DNA of 64,000 bases from Craspedostauros australis. Its lineage: Eukaryota. Made by a program: the position numbers and the translations under genes. Each line of letters starts with the position of its first letter. Position 1 is the first letter of the stretch. Positions 35,996 to 47,267 of this stretch are shown in pieces. The stretch spans positions 1 to 64,000 of the forward strand of contig JALAGF010003586.1 in the NCBI GenBank assembly GCA_030167865.1. The letters are read 5' to 3'. Below the pieces are notes generated by a model. That model searched no databases. It saw only the letters and a list, made by a program, of their open reading frames with translations, and was not told the DNA's origin.

Positions 35996-37090
35996 TGTGT
36001 TGCGGTCTTGTTGTTGTTGTTGTCACGTCAGATCAGTGTGAAAGTACCTTGATGGTCGTCTGATGCATGCATGAAGGGAGGGTGGGTGGGTGGGTCGATG
36101 TGCCTGGTCTTCCTGACATGCGTTGTCCTGCGGCGCGGTCGACGTTGCGTCTTTGTGTTCTGTGGAATCATTTGCGCGCCATGGTCGAGATTTGCTTGGT
36201 TTGGTGTTAGCGTCTGTACAACCATCGGTGTGGGGGCAATTCATCTCGATTCACGAACACCCCGATTCGTGGAATGACCGTGCACGTGTCTGTGTGTGTC
36301 GCAGGAGCATAAATGATGACCTCGACTAAAACCAAAACATCTTCGTTGTGACACTCTTGCTGCACGCTCCAAGCACGAAAGATAGGTCGTGATTTGTGCG
36401 TGGTTGGTGAAGAAATAACGGACGCAGTCACAGAGAGGGGAATGGTAAATTTATTGCGCAGCAGAAGGACCAAGAACAGAGAGAGAGAAGAGGGGCACAT
36501 GCCGAAAGGAACAAAGAAGAGGGGGTCCTCGAGATGACCGCTCACCAAACAAAACAAGGAACTCGAAACGACGAAACAGGCGAACAACCCGGGGACTCAA
36601 AAGCCACGACAACAGTGGAGGTCCAAAGCGACTGGGGGTGCAACTGTAACGATCGGACAAGCGAAGCAGGAGCAGAAGCACATCCATTCTTCCGACACAA
36701 TCACAACCACACACTCCACACCCCACAACATACTCGCGTTTGCTATTCGAAGTGTGACAGTGTCGACAACAGCAGCAACAACAGCAACAACAGCAATAAC
36801 AGCAGACAAGGGACAAGGAACGAAGGCCAAGGCGACGGAATCAGTGATCGATCCGTCGATCCATCGAGCCTGGCAGCTTCCCCCCACTTCTTGACGCAGC
36901 GATACTCAGCAACATTCCTCCTTGTGACTCTGGATTGTTCACTTGAGGTGCGCTCAGTTCATTCCGAGAGTCTTGCTCAACTCGTCCTCGGCCTCTCTCA
37001 CTTCCGAGCAGAGCAGAGTCAAGCACAGAAGAGATAGCACAGCATATCAATACCATAGGCAGACAGCGCGGCTAGCGACGACGCACCAAG

Positions 37091-40000
37091 ATGCCGAAAA
37101 AGAAAAAGTCCAGCGGCAGCAGCGCTGCTGGCAGAAGGAGCGACGATGAGGGCGACGCGGAGGGGCGTGGCTCCAAGAATGCCAAATCCCTCAGGAAAAA
37201 GTCCAAGGACAGGAAATCAAAGAGGTCCAAGGACAAGAAGGCGGCCTCCACATCTGACCCAGCGCCGTCCGCCAGCAAGCACCAGCAACCGGAGAAGAAG
37301 AAGCGAGGCTTGTTCGGTGCGCTCTCCAAGATGCGCTCCAAGCGCGATGTCGACGGCAAGCAGGGGAAGTCCGGCAAGCACAGCAACATCGGCGGCAGCA
37401 GCAGCAACCACAGGCATTCCAAGCAGACCTCACGGCAGGATGACCAAGTTATGGAGGACGACGACATACTGGAAGCCGAAGAATCATACCTTCCGAACGA
37501 CCCCCGCCATTCGGATCACGGACGGCCGCCCATCGGGGTCATCAACGCGAGTCAGAACGACGACGACGGCATCGTGTCGGAAATGGGAGAAGGCATAGCG
37601 GACGACCAGCACGACAGCGATCATGACCATGGTGCGCACATCAACCGCAACGGCGCCGACGTCGGCTACGACACGGGGACCAGCGAAGAAATTCTGGAGG
37701 ACGACGACATTGACATGGATGACGATATCATCACCACACCGCATCGCAAGGACGTGTGCTTTGACAATCCCAGGCATCCCGGCACGCAGGAATGGACCAA
37801 AATCATACAGCAGATATGCTGGCACACGCCGAAATTCGCCGACACCGAGTACTCCCCGCCCATCTACAAGGCCATCAAAAAGCAGTGCAAGGGACGTCGT
37901 TTCCTCGTGCGTCACAATCCCACCACCAACGATGCCTGGCGGGAGGCCACCAAGCCGGAGGTCATTGAAATATTCGGGGAATGCTACAACAATGAGCGCA
38001 GCAAGGGATCGCCGGATGAAATGGACTCCATGAACGGTGACTCCTCCTCGCTCAATGATTCCGCCAAGCACTCCGAGGCCAGTCTCTCGGTGGGTGATCT
38101 CATCATGGACAAGGAAAATGCTAAAGCAAAGACCGACGGCAAGACCAAACCCAGCAAGGACAAAGACAAGGACAGGCAGGAGCCCAAGGAACGGTCAACA
38201 TCGAAGCGCGGCGGCAGGCAACGGAATGGATCCAAGCAAGCGTCGCCCAACCCGCCCAACAATGACCAGCACAAGTACCACCAGCAGCAGGCCCAACGGA
38301 AGAACAAGCTCACGGGAAGGCAAAGCACCACCAGTCCGCAGACGATGGAGAGCGGCGATACGTCGCCTGTTTCCATCTCGCCGACGCAATCCTGCGAGGA
38401 TTTGGCGGATCCGTTGCTGCAGTCCTGCATAGAGCATTGTCGTCGGGCGCAGGAATTGGGATCGCCGTACGCCTCCGATATCTCCAAAGTTAACAGGGGC
38501 CGTCTCGTCGAGCACAAGATGGAAATCCTCAACACCATCATCTCCAGATCGCCGCAGATACGAAGCATGCAGCATCCCAATTCCAATGTCACGCAGCTGC
38601 ATTCGCAGCTGCAAGCGCTTCAGGAAACCATACTCAAAATACAATACGCCAACCTCGCGTCTCTCCTGCAACCCATCGAGCAGATGGAGCACGAACTGCA
38701 GGACTACTTCCAGGTCCTCATCAATTCTTCCAGCTCCAAATCGCTAGAGATTTCGCTGCAGCAACTCACGCAGAGCATGGGGGCGACGACGACGGGGGGC
38801 ATGGGCCAGGGATCCACCGATCATTCCAAGAGCGCATCGCGCGCGAAGCATCTGCGATCGATACCCATCATGTCGGAGCACAACCAGGCAGCGGACACCA
38901 GACGCAAGGCGACCAAGCAGGATCCCACGGGCAACAAGGCGGCATTCAAGGAAAGCAATCACAACAACGATATTGAGAATGGCCATGTCAACAGGGACAG
39001 CAGCAAGAAGCAGCTGCAGCAGCAGCAAGATGTGTCCGAATACGACGAAGTGGAGATGACCGAATCCAACAACTGCGACGACGATATCGATGAGGAGTTC
39101 TTGCTCCAGGAGGACGACGTCAATGAAATCGAATCGCTCGAAAACGGTCCGGGCGGGTCCTTCGCTGAACCAGACGACGGCGCCATGCCGGAAGGCTTCG
39201 AGGGATCCTACAACATGAACGAGGGGTTGAATTTGAAGCTCAACTCCTCCGACGATTTGGAAAATTCGCACGTCCTCGAATTGCACCACAGCCCCGATGA
39301 TGACATGAGCAGCGTCGGACGATCGACGCGGGGATACGACTTTGGCAGTCAAGGATTCGATTACCGCGGTGATGACGACGACGAGGATCGGTACGAGCAC
39401 CACAACACGGGCACGTCGGAAGACGACGACGACGATGAAGATTACGAAGAGGAAGAGGTCATGGAGGGCGAAGAAGACGAGATGCTGAACGGCACCGACG
39501 AAGATGACAGTTCGAGGACCAGTTCCAGCTCCTCCACGGACGAAAACGAGAAACGACGCTCTGGTGGCAACAAGAAGAAGAAGGGCGGTGATGACAACGC
39601 CGAGGCGCCGATCAATCCCAAGGTGGAGCATTTCTTTGATCGTCTCAATCATTTCTTCGAGGTCCGGCGCAAGGTGGAGGAACGAGCGCAGCTCATGGAC
39701 CCGTCCTCCAAAATCGAGAATCTGAAATTGAAACTGCATTCCGGCGGCATCGCACGCAACAAGACGAAATTCAAGAAGGAGTACCAGCAGCACGACCTGG
39801 AGGACCGCGTCGTTCAGAACCTTGACGATCTGTACGAGGCGGCGCAGCAGGCCCACCCGGCGTTGAAACGGGTGCTGGATCAGCTGGCATGCGAGGTCAA
39901 GGGATTGGACATCACATCCTGCATCCTGTCGAGCTTGAAGCCGCGACCGCGCGCGTACGAGAAAGCACGCGAAGAGTACATCGACCGCGTGCCAGGTCCC

Positions 40001-42115
40001 AGCGAATCCTGGCTATACGATATCGTGCGCTGCAGCGTCATTTGCAAATCGTACAAGCAAATGTCGGATGTCAACAAGTGGTTAGGAAAGAAGGTGCACA
40101 TCGTCAGATGCAAGAACCGGTTTGCGCAACCCGCCTTCAACGGGTACCGCGATTTCTTGTACCACGTCTCCATTCCGTACCAGGATGAGCTGGCGCACAT
40201 TTGCGAAATCCAGGTCCATCACAAGGACATGAAGGCCCTGGATGATCAGTTCGGATTGCCGAAGCATCTGGAATTCTTCCGCTCTGCATTTGCCAACAGC
40301 AACCGCGACAAGGAGAAGACGCTGAAGGACCTCAAGCTGCTGAACAAGTACGGCACCATGGAAGGACCGTTGCTGGCCAAGGTCATGCGATCGAAGGATT
40401 GCGAGCAGCTGAATTTGTTCGCGGGCATTTGTCGCGAAAAGCTGAATGAATTCGATCGGGCGTTGGAGCTGTACCGCCGGCTCCTCATGATGCAGGAGGA
40501 TAGCGTGGGCAGGGAGCACGAAGATGTCGCCAGCACGTATCTGAACATAGGCCTCGTGCTGGGCATGATGGGTGAGACGGACGAATCGTTACTGAACCTT
40601 CAAAAGGCTCTGGCGATTCAAGAGATGGTGCTTGGCGCAGAGCATCTCAAGGTCGCAGAATCGTACCGAGAAATCGGCCACATGCTCAGCAAGAAGGGCG
40701 ATTTCGACGGTGCGCTGGAGCAACAGCGCAAGGCATTGCGGATTCGCCAAAACTTGCTGGGCAACCAGCACTTCCTCGTGATCAACTCGTTGCAGGACAT
40801 CGGCCATTCCTACCGCGACCAGGGTGACTACAAGGCGGCTGTTTCGGAATACAACAAGGCACTGCTGATACAGGCGGATGTGCTGGGACCGCAGCACACC
40901 GACGTTGCATCCACGCATGCCATGATGGGAAACGTCCTGTGTCTGCAAGGCGAATACGATCGTGCCATGGATGAGCACCGTCGCGCGCTGGATATTCGGG
41001 AGGCTGGGATGGGAAAGAACCATCCCATGACGGCGAAGTCTCACACAGACATTGGCATCGTGCAGTACTACAAAGGCGATTACGAAGTTGCGGAATGGAG
41101 GCACCGCAAGGCGTTGCGCATCCGCGAGGCCATCCTGGGCAAGGATCACGAAGTTTGCGCCTCGTCGTACAGCAAGCTCGGCGAGGTTCTTTGCAAGAAG
41201 GGGCATTACCAGAAGGCTCTGAAGGAGGTGCATCGTGGATTGACGATTCGCGAAAATACGCTGAGTCGCGACCATCCCATGACGGCATGCTCCTTCATCG
41301 ATATCGGTGACATCCACATGGTCACAGGAGATTACGAAGACGCGCTGCAGGAGTACCGACGTGCCATGGTGATCCGCGAGAGCATACTGGGTGATCAGCA
41401 TCCGGACACGGCAGCGGCGTACACTGCTGTCAGTTTGGCAATGTCGAAAAAGGGTGACCACAAAGCGGCTTTGGCACAAAGCCACAGGGCGGTGGAGATT
41501 CTGGAGAACGTGCTGGGGAAGAGCCACCCCAAGACCGCAGCGGGATACGCCAGTCTGGCAGACGCTCTCATGGCCAAAGGCGACAAGGATCAGGCGCTGA
41601 CGGAGCACAGGAAGGCACTGGCCCTTCGAGCCAATGTCCTCTCGAAGGACCACCCGGACACGGCATCCTCGTGCGCCAGCATCGGGAGGTTGCTTCTGGA
41701 CAAGGGCGACATTGTTGGCGCAGCCGTGGCTTTCGGCCAGGCGCTTGCCATTCAGAATGCGCTGTGCGGCGATGATCATCCGGAGACGGCCACAGCAAGA
41801 CTTAACATGGGCCGCGTGTACGTCGCCAAGAGAGAGTTCGACGATGCGCTGGACGCGATGCAAACAGCCGTCGTCATCCAGCTCGCGTCGTTTGGCAAGC
41901 AGCACTTCATGACTGCCATTGCATACAGCCTCTTAGGTTCCATCCACAGCATGATGGAGAACTACGAGCAGGCTCAAACAGAACACCAGAGGGCGTGCGA
42001 GATACGCGAAGCTGTGCTGGGTGCGAAGAATAAGATGACCCTGCTCTCGAAGAAGAAGCTGCAAATGGCGATCGATGAAGAAACCGAAGAAGAATTGGAG
42101 GCGCCGTCCTCGTAG
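37091..42115 (+). CDS. RelA/SpoT-type nucleotidyltransferase domain protein with N-terminal DUF6824-like domain and about 13 42-aa TPR repeats
   Basis: Intronless 1674-aa ORF. DVCF..HPGT..W..II..GRRFL..WREA (DUF6824-like). LKPRPRAYEKA, DIVRCSVI, KNRF..NGYRDFLYHV, HICEIQVH (RelA/SpoT synthetase motifs). Repeats of AL.IRE..LG..HP.TA. Confidence 0.88.
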   Translation: MPKKKKSSGSSAAGRRSDDEGDAEGRGSKNAKSLRKKSKDRKSKRSKDKKAASTSDPAPSASKHQQPEKKKRGLFGALSKMRSKRDVDGKQGKSGKHSNIGGSSSNHRHSKQTSRQDDQVMEDDDILEAEESYLPNDPRHSDHGRPPIGVINASQNDDDGIVSEMGEGIADDQHDSDHDHGAHINRNGADVGYDTGTSEEILEDDDIDMDDDIITTPHRKDVCFDNPRHPGTQEWTKIIQQICWHTPKFADTEYSPPIYKAIKKQCKGRRFLVRHNPTTNDAWREATKPEVIEIFGECYNNERSKGSPDEMDSMNGDSSSLNDSAKHSEASLSVGDLIMDKENAKAKTDGKTKPSKDKDKDRQEPKERSTSKRGGRQRNGSKQASPNPPNNDQHKYHQQQAQRKNKLTGRQSTTSPQTMESGDTSPVSISPTQSCEDLADPLLQSCIEHCRRAQELGSPYASDISKVNRGRLVEHKMEILNTIISRSPQIRSMQHPNSNVTQLHSQLQALQETILKIQYANLASLLQPIEQMEHELQDYFQVLINSSSSKSLEISLQQLTQSMGATTTGGMGQGSTDHSKSASRAKHLRSIPIMSEHNQAADTRRKATKQDPTGNKAAFKESNHNNDIENGHVNRDSSKKQLQQQQDVSEYDEVEMTESNNCDDDIDEEFLLQEDDVNEIESLENGPGGSFAEPDDGAMPEGFEGSYNMNEGLNLKLNSSDDLENSHVLELHHSPDDDMSSVGRSTRGYDFGSQGFDYRGDDDDEDRYEHHNTGTSEDDDDDEDYEEEEVMEGEEDEMLNGTDEDDSSRTSSSSSTDENEKRRSGGNKKKKGGDDNAEAPINPKVEHFFDRLNHFFEVRRKVEERAQLMDPSSKIENLKLKLHSGGIARNKTKFKKEYQQHDLEDRVVQNLDDLYEAAQQAHPALKRVLDQLACEVKGLDITSCILSSLKPRPRAYEKAREEYIDRVPGPSESWLYDIVRCSVICKSYKQMSDVNKWLGKKVHIVRCKNRFAQPAFNGYRDFLYHVSIPYQDELAHICEIQVHHKDMKALDDQFGLPKHLEFFRSAFANSNRDKEKTLKDLKLLNKYGTMEGPLLAKVMRSKDCEQLNLFAGICREKLNEFDRALELYRRLLMMQEDSVGREHEDVASTYLNIGLVLGMMGETDESLLNLQKALAIQEMVLGAEHLKVAESYREIGHMLSKKGDFDGALEQQRKALRIRQNLLGNQHFLVINSLQDIGHSYRDQGDYKAAVSEYNKALLIQADVLGPQHTDVASTHAMMGNVLCLQGEYDRAMDEHRRALDIREAGMGKNHPMTAKSHTDIGIVQYYKGDYEVAEWRHRKALRIREAILGKDHEVCASSYSKLGEVLCKKGHYQKALKEVHRGLTIRENTLSRDHPMTACSFIDIGDIHMVTGDYEDALQEYRRAMVIRESILGDQHPDTAAAYTAVSLAMSKKGDHKAALAQSHRAVEILENVLGKSHPKTAAGYASLADALMAKGDKDQALTEHRKALALRANVLSKDHPDTASSCASIGRLLLDKGDIVGAAVAFGQALAIQNALCGDDHPETATARLNMGRVYVAKREFDDALDAMQTAVVIQLASFGKQHFMTAIAYSLLGSIHSMMENYEQAQTEHQRACEIREAVLGAKNKMTLLSKKKLQMAIDEETEEELEAPSS

Positions 42116-42497
42116 GTGAGGGATGCGGAATGGAAGGAACGTACTGTACGCATTACACGAGTATAGCGTGTTAGCAAGCTAACGAGAAATGAACATACGG
42201 ATACAATTACTGTACGGATGCGCGAGGTGCCGCTTTTCGAGTTATGTAATGCGAGCGACACTCCCACTTGCCGTGTGCTTGAACCACACCCTCGGACTGT
42301 GCTACGATCTATACCTTGCTGTAAATAGTACAAGTAGAGTGTTGCATTGTGGTACTCCACAGGTACGCGTATGGGAACGATAACTTGGTCTGATTCCATC
42401 CCAGCGAACAGTATTGTTGCCACAACGTCACTTGGCATATGTATGTACCTGTTCCAGGCATCACTTGTGCGTACGGCGGTGCCATGCCCCGTAGTTT

Positions 42498-44518
42498 CTA
42501 TGATGTGCTCTGTGGCTTTGGAAACATGGTGCGGATGTAGTGTGCCAACAAGGTCTGGTAGGACGCCCAAATCATCTTCCCTTCTTCGGCGAGCGATGCA
42601 GACGTCATGGCCACCTCGCCTTCTCCAGATTCATCCGAATTCACGCTGCTGTCACCCTCCTGACGCTTGGACTTGGCCGATACTGCATCGCCTAGTTCCT
42701 TGCTGCATTTCCAAAGCAAAATCAGGCCCTGCAGTCCGCTCCAAAGATCCATCTCGGGGGTCGGTAGCTGCAGCTCAGTGAGGTACGATCGCAAGGCATG
42801 CTGGTAGGACTTTTCCAACGATTCATCCTCGGTCGAACGAGCCGGCATATTGGGGCTGTGACTCATCTCGACTCGAGCGCGGAACAGGCGCAGATGAAGC
42901 AGTTGCTGCAACTGTGATGGCAGGCATTCGAAGGCATCCTTGTCATCGATGAAGTTTGGCAGGTTGCCGTGGTGTCTGGCTGCATTTGAGAAGAGCGATG
43001 GTCCACCGGTTCCGTATTGAGATGGATTCGATGCTCCATTCGTACCCACCGCACCGTTGTTTGTGGCTGGGCTTGCTATAGCATGGCGTTTGTTTGCTTG
43101 GTGGTGGTGGTGTTCGTGTTGAGGGTAATGCGGAGCGTGGTAGACCGGATAATACGCTGTTGGTGGCGGCGTTGGACGCTTCGCGCCACTGGCGGAACCT
43201 GGCGTGGCATGGTGGCCCGTGGCGGCGCTGGGAGCTGGCATAATGGCGGCATGTTCCACGCCATGAGCAGGATGCTGTGCCTGTTGATGTGCGGGGAGCA
43301 TGTGACGCGGATGAGAATTAGGATAAGGGTGGACGTGCCCATGCGGATGTCCGTGAAGTCGGTAGGCATCATGCATGGGTGGCTGGTGATTGGGAGTGGC
43401 GTAAGGCTGGTTTGGCTGTTGCGTTTTGCTGAGATCCACCGGGGCCATTCTAACGGCGGTGGTTGCCGCACCTGCCGTTGGTGCTGCCACTACCACCGCT
43501 CCAGCTACAGTCGCAGCCGGCGTTGCTGCCGCGGGCGCGGTTCCAGCTGGTGTCTGGGCGGTCGCTGTGACGGGCCCGGGCGTGGATGCGGACGGTGGAG
43601 ATGGCGACGCAACAGAATATACAGGCGTTCCAGACTGTTTGCTCCGCACGACATTCTGGAATATCCTGAGCTGGTTGACAGCGATGGCATGGTAAGGGTG
43701 GGAGTGATCCCGTTCCATCGCATGCCACAGTTCGACGATCTTGTCCTTGAATTTGTGATACCTGTTCTTTCCCGTGGGTTGGCTGAAGTTGGCAGCGACT
43801 CCGCCGTAGATGGCATGAAAGGCCCTGAACCAGCTATTCGAGTCCTTGTGTGATGCCACCGGGGTGTGCGGCGCCCCCGAAGACTCCAAGCAATCCAAGA
43901 TCACGGAAAGGAACTGGAGAACGGCGGGGAGTGTATGGTGGATAGGCGAGTATGCGAGCAGAGCGAGAAGTGGTGAGCGTCTCAACATGCGCGGCAATCG
44001 ATCCAATCGATCAAGGACAATTTGGCGCGTACGGCACAGAGTCGGCGCGTATTGAATGCCCATGGTAGACAAGGAAGCATCGCGCTGGTGCTATGCCATA
44101 CGTACCGCTTGATAATCTGCTGTGACCAGATGCTTGACTCTGGGAAAGAATCGCCGTCTGTCTGGTGGGCTTTCATGCTGTGGCAGTGGCGTTGGCGGCT
44201 GCCCCAGCTCCACTTCACCTGTCGCATGATGAAGGGGGACTGTGTGGACATGCATCGGGTAGATATTGAAAGAGGAAAAAGAGAGAGAGAGAAGATGCGG
44301 CACAGAAGAGTAAAGGAATGAATGGTGATGGTGAGACATGGAAGGTTGTAGCGGTGCAGGATCGTGGCTGGAGTAACATTTGTATGCTGTGCTGTGTTGT
44401 GTTGTGCTGTGCTGTGCTCGAACATCTTCTTTCAAATACTGGTGTCATAATGTTCAGTTGTTTTCACATTAGACTCACCTTCTTCTGGCTTGGAGGTTGG
44501 ATCTTGTGCCTCACTCAT
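42498..44518 (-). CDS. Uncharacterised protein with short N-terminal helical domain and His/Pro/Ala-rich region (possible transcriptional regulator)
   Basis: Predicted exons 44518-44479, 44218-44106 and 43913-42498 with in-phase GT-AG introns give MSEAQDPTSKPEEGEVELG...RRFFPRVKHLVTADYQAFLSVILDC...RYHKFKDKIVELW. Confidence 0.65.
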
Positions 44519-45753
44519 CGTTCGAGCAATGTAAGAGAGTAGAGCAGAGCAGAGTAGAGTAGTCGTCCTTGCTTTGGCTATGCCGCGACGATGGATGTGC
44601 GCAGTGATTGGAGATCGGTGGCGACAAACTGCGTACTGCAGCAAAGGTTGCGCTCGACGTCGATGTCAATTTGTTGTCTTTGCACGATGGAACTGTCGCG
44701 ATGACGTTGATGCTCTTTGCAGCTCTCTCCTGTGTTGTCTCTCTGTCCTCGATCGAAGCTCAATTGCTGGAGTGCGAAACCTCGATTGTTTCCAAGTTGT
44801 GGGGGAAGACAAAGGGGGTGGGGTGTTGTGATTGTGGTGTGGACACGACGTTTCCCTTGTTTTGCTGTTCTCCTGTTTTCTTGTGCTGTTGATGGGACAA
44901 CCCAACGGATACGGTCATGCTGTTTGACTCTTCTTCGTTGCGCACGAAACAACCACACACAACACGGGTACGAGGCAGTGCTCGTTTTGGGATCATGCTT
45001 CGTCTTCTTTGTGTCCGTAGGAGTCAGTGAGTCGTACAAGTCCAAGTCATCGAGACAAACGAAACAGACAGCTGCAGCCTCTTTCTGGTTGTGACAGATA
45101 CGGATCGACATTTTTCCCGCAAACTCCAAGCAAGGACTGCACAATCATCTCCACATAGTACTATTGTGGAGGTACCTACATCGGTATCGGAAAAGATCTG
45201 AAACAAAGTTAGCATGAGATCTCGCAACTCTTTCTGGTGCCATCAGCATTCGTTCGATCTTGGTTCTTCGCACCATATCCTTGCGGGGGAAGGCGTAGCA
45301 TGTGTGGCCATCACAGTCCCAGATTCAGCGTTGCTCCTGCTGTTGCTGCTGCTGCACATCGATGTCCTGACTCCAACCGACATGTATGTGAGAGGTCTCC
45401 GGATTCATCGAAGGTTCACTCGAGTCCATCCGTACTACCATACCGATAGCAATATTATCCAGACGATCTGCGGAGTGAAATCACCAGCACCATTCTTTCC
45501 GCAGGTTCCACGTGGCAGACACCTGCACTTCGCCTGTCGAGCGTGTACGTTGCTACACTTCGGCTTCGATTCACAAGGAGGCAACAAAATAGAGCACTGC
45601 GTGTGATACGGCACGCACGTCGATGTTGTGTTGAGCTGTGAGGAGGAGATATTGAGTAGAGTATTCTACTCTAAATACAAGCGCCCGCACAATCACAAAA
45701 TGAAAGGTGCCGATGATCGTCATGATGCGATTTCACCAGAAACCAAAAAGGAA

Positions 45754-45826
45754 TGCTTTGACCGTGAATCGAACACGGGGCCTCAAGATCTTCAGTCTTG
45801 CGCTCTCCCAACTGAGCTATCAAAGC
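45754..45826 (-). tRNA. tRNA-Phe (anticodon GAA)
   Basis: Reverse complement GCTTTGATAGCTCAGTTGGGAGAGCGCAAGACTGAAGATCTTGAGGCCCCGTGTTCGATTCACGGTCAAAGCA folds as a cloverleaf with D-loop, CTGAAGA anticodon loop and GTTCGA T-loop; followed by a T-run Pol III terminator. Confidence 0.97.
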
Positions 45827-47267
45827 TGTTGTTGCAATGTTGGAACAAGTTCAAATTCAACTACTTTTTTGAGTTCTCCCCTCTTCTTTTCTTCCTTTTT
45901 CGTTTTGTTCCTCCGCGCCGAACTGTCCCTGTTGTCGTGGTTGTACTGGAATGTTCCTGAATCTTCAAGCAAATCCACAACCAGTCCACGCGGAGACTCC
46001 GTTGAATCTTTTTTCTACCTCGAGGAGCTGACGGCGCTGTTTCGCGCGTGTCAACGATGTGAAGTAATATCGCAATGTTGCCGGACAGGTGAAACAATCC
46101 CCCGTTGCGACTTCGCCATGTGCACGTTGCGGTCTTGCGTGCAAAAACCAACAGAAGCACGAACGAGGGTTTACTGTTGGTACGAACAAAACCGCGATTG
46201 GATCTTTCGTCACGACTGCGGAAGTGTCACGAGGTGTTCGGGACTTGAAATTTAGTATCGCCAACTGCGATGATACACACGTAATATAACGGTCATTGGC
46301 ACACATGTTGTCACAGATGTGAAGAAGTTGTAAGTAAAAGAACATGTGGAACCGTTGTTCTTGTGGAAGGAGGAAACAACGGATACCCTGTCGTGCGCTG
46401 CGGTGGGGAAAGTCATCACCAACATCTTCATGTGTGTTGTGTGGTGCTGCAAACGTACGTGCAAACATAGACACACACGCACACGCAAACGGAAGAGCTG
46501 GAGGATTTTTCCGCCCAGCGCGTATCTCGTGATGGGGTCGCCAAAGCAACAAAAAGAGTGAGTGAGAACGATTGGGAATTTTCTAAAATTTGAACTCGGA
46601 AGGACGGGAATACAGCATACTCGTGGGCAGAGTGGCCTCCGCCACGAGCGTTTGGTGTTCGTTTCCTCGATTATTTGTTGCGGTTGATGTCGGAGCTCCT
46701 CTCTCTCGTTGGCTCCGTTTTCTCGCATCGCTTCTTCTCGGCGATCTGACGGAACAACAAGTCACGGCCAAACGAAAAAGGTATCAAAACACGCGCCAAC
46801 GTAGCACGTAAATGCTGCGCGCGACAACGAATCTCTCAGTGCACCGCAACCGTGACGAATCACGCTGCGCGCCACAGTGTTCGACCAGTTTCCCTTGTTT
46901 CCCCAACAAGTTGACAAAGACACGATTGTGGCTTCACAAGTCCACTCCGCCACATCCTTGAAGCGCATCGGAACGGTGAAATCAAGGACCACCGAAACCG
47001 GGATACGAGCACGAAAGGAAGCCACAATTTGCATGGCAACATTTATCTTTCGGCATCTTTCCGAGGCCACACGGAACACGAACCAAACCAAGCTCACATC
47101 CCTCGTTCGCGGGAACGAGAAGCAACATCCTTGCGGCGAAGGACGAAGACAACCGGAGACAGCGAACGTGGATCCACCCACACGACAAGAACGTGCGTGA
47201 CAGAGGCAGTGACATTAGCATAGTTGATCGTACAAACAGAGACATAGAAGCACAGACGCACGGCAAG

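Noticed and set aside
44600-47190. Short ORFs around the tRNA gene
   Set aside because: No domains or coding bias; treated as intergenic sequence flanking tRNA-Phe.
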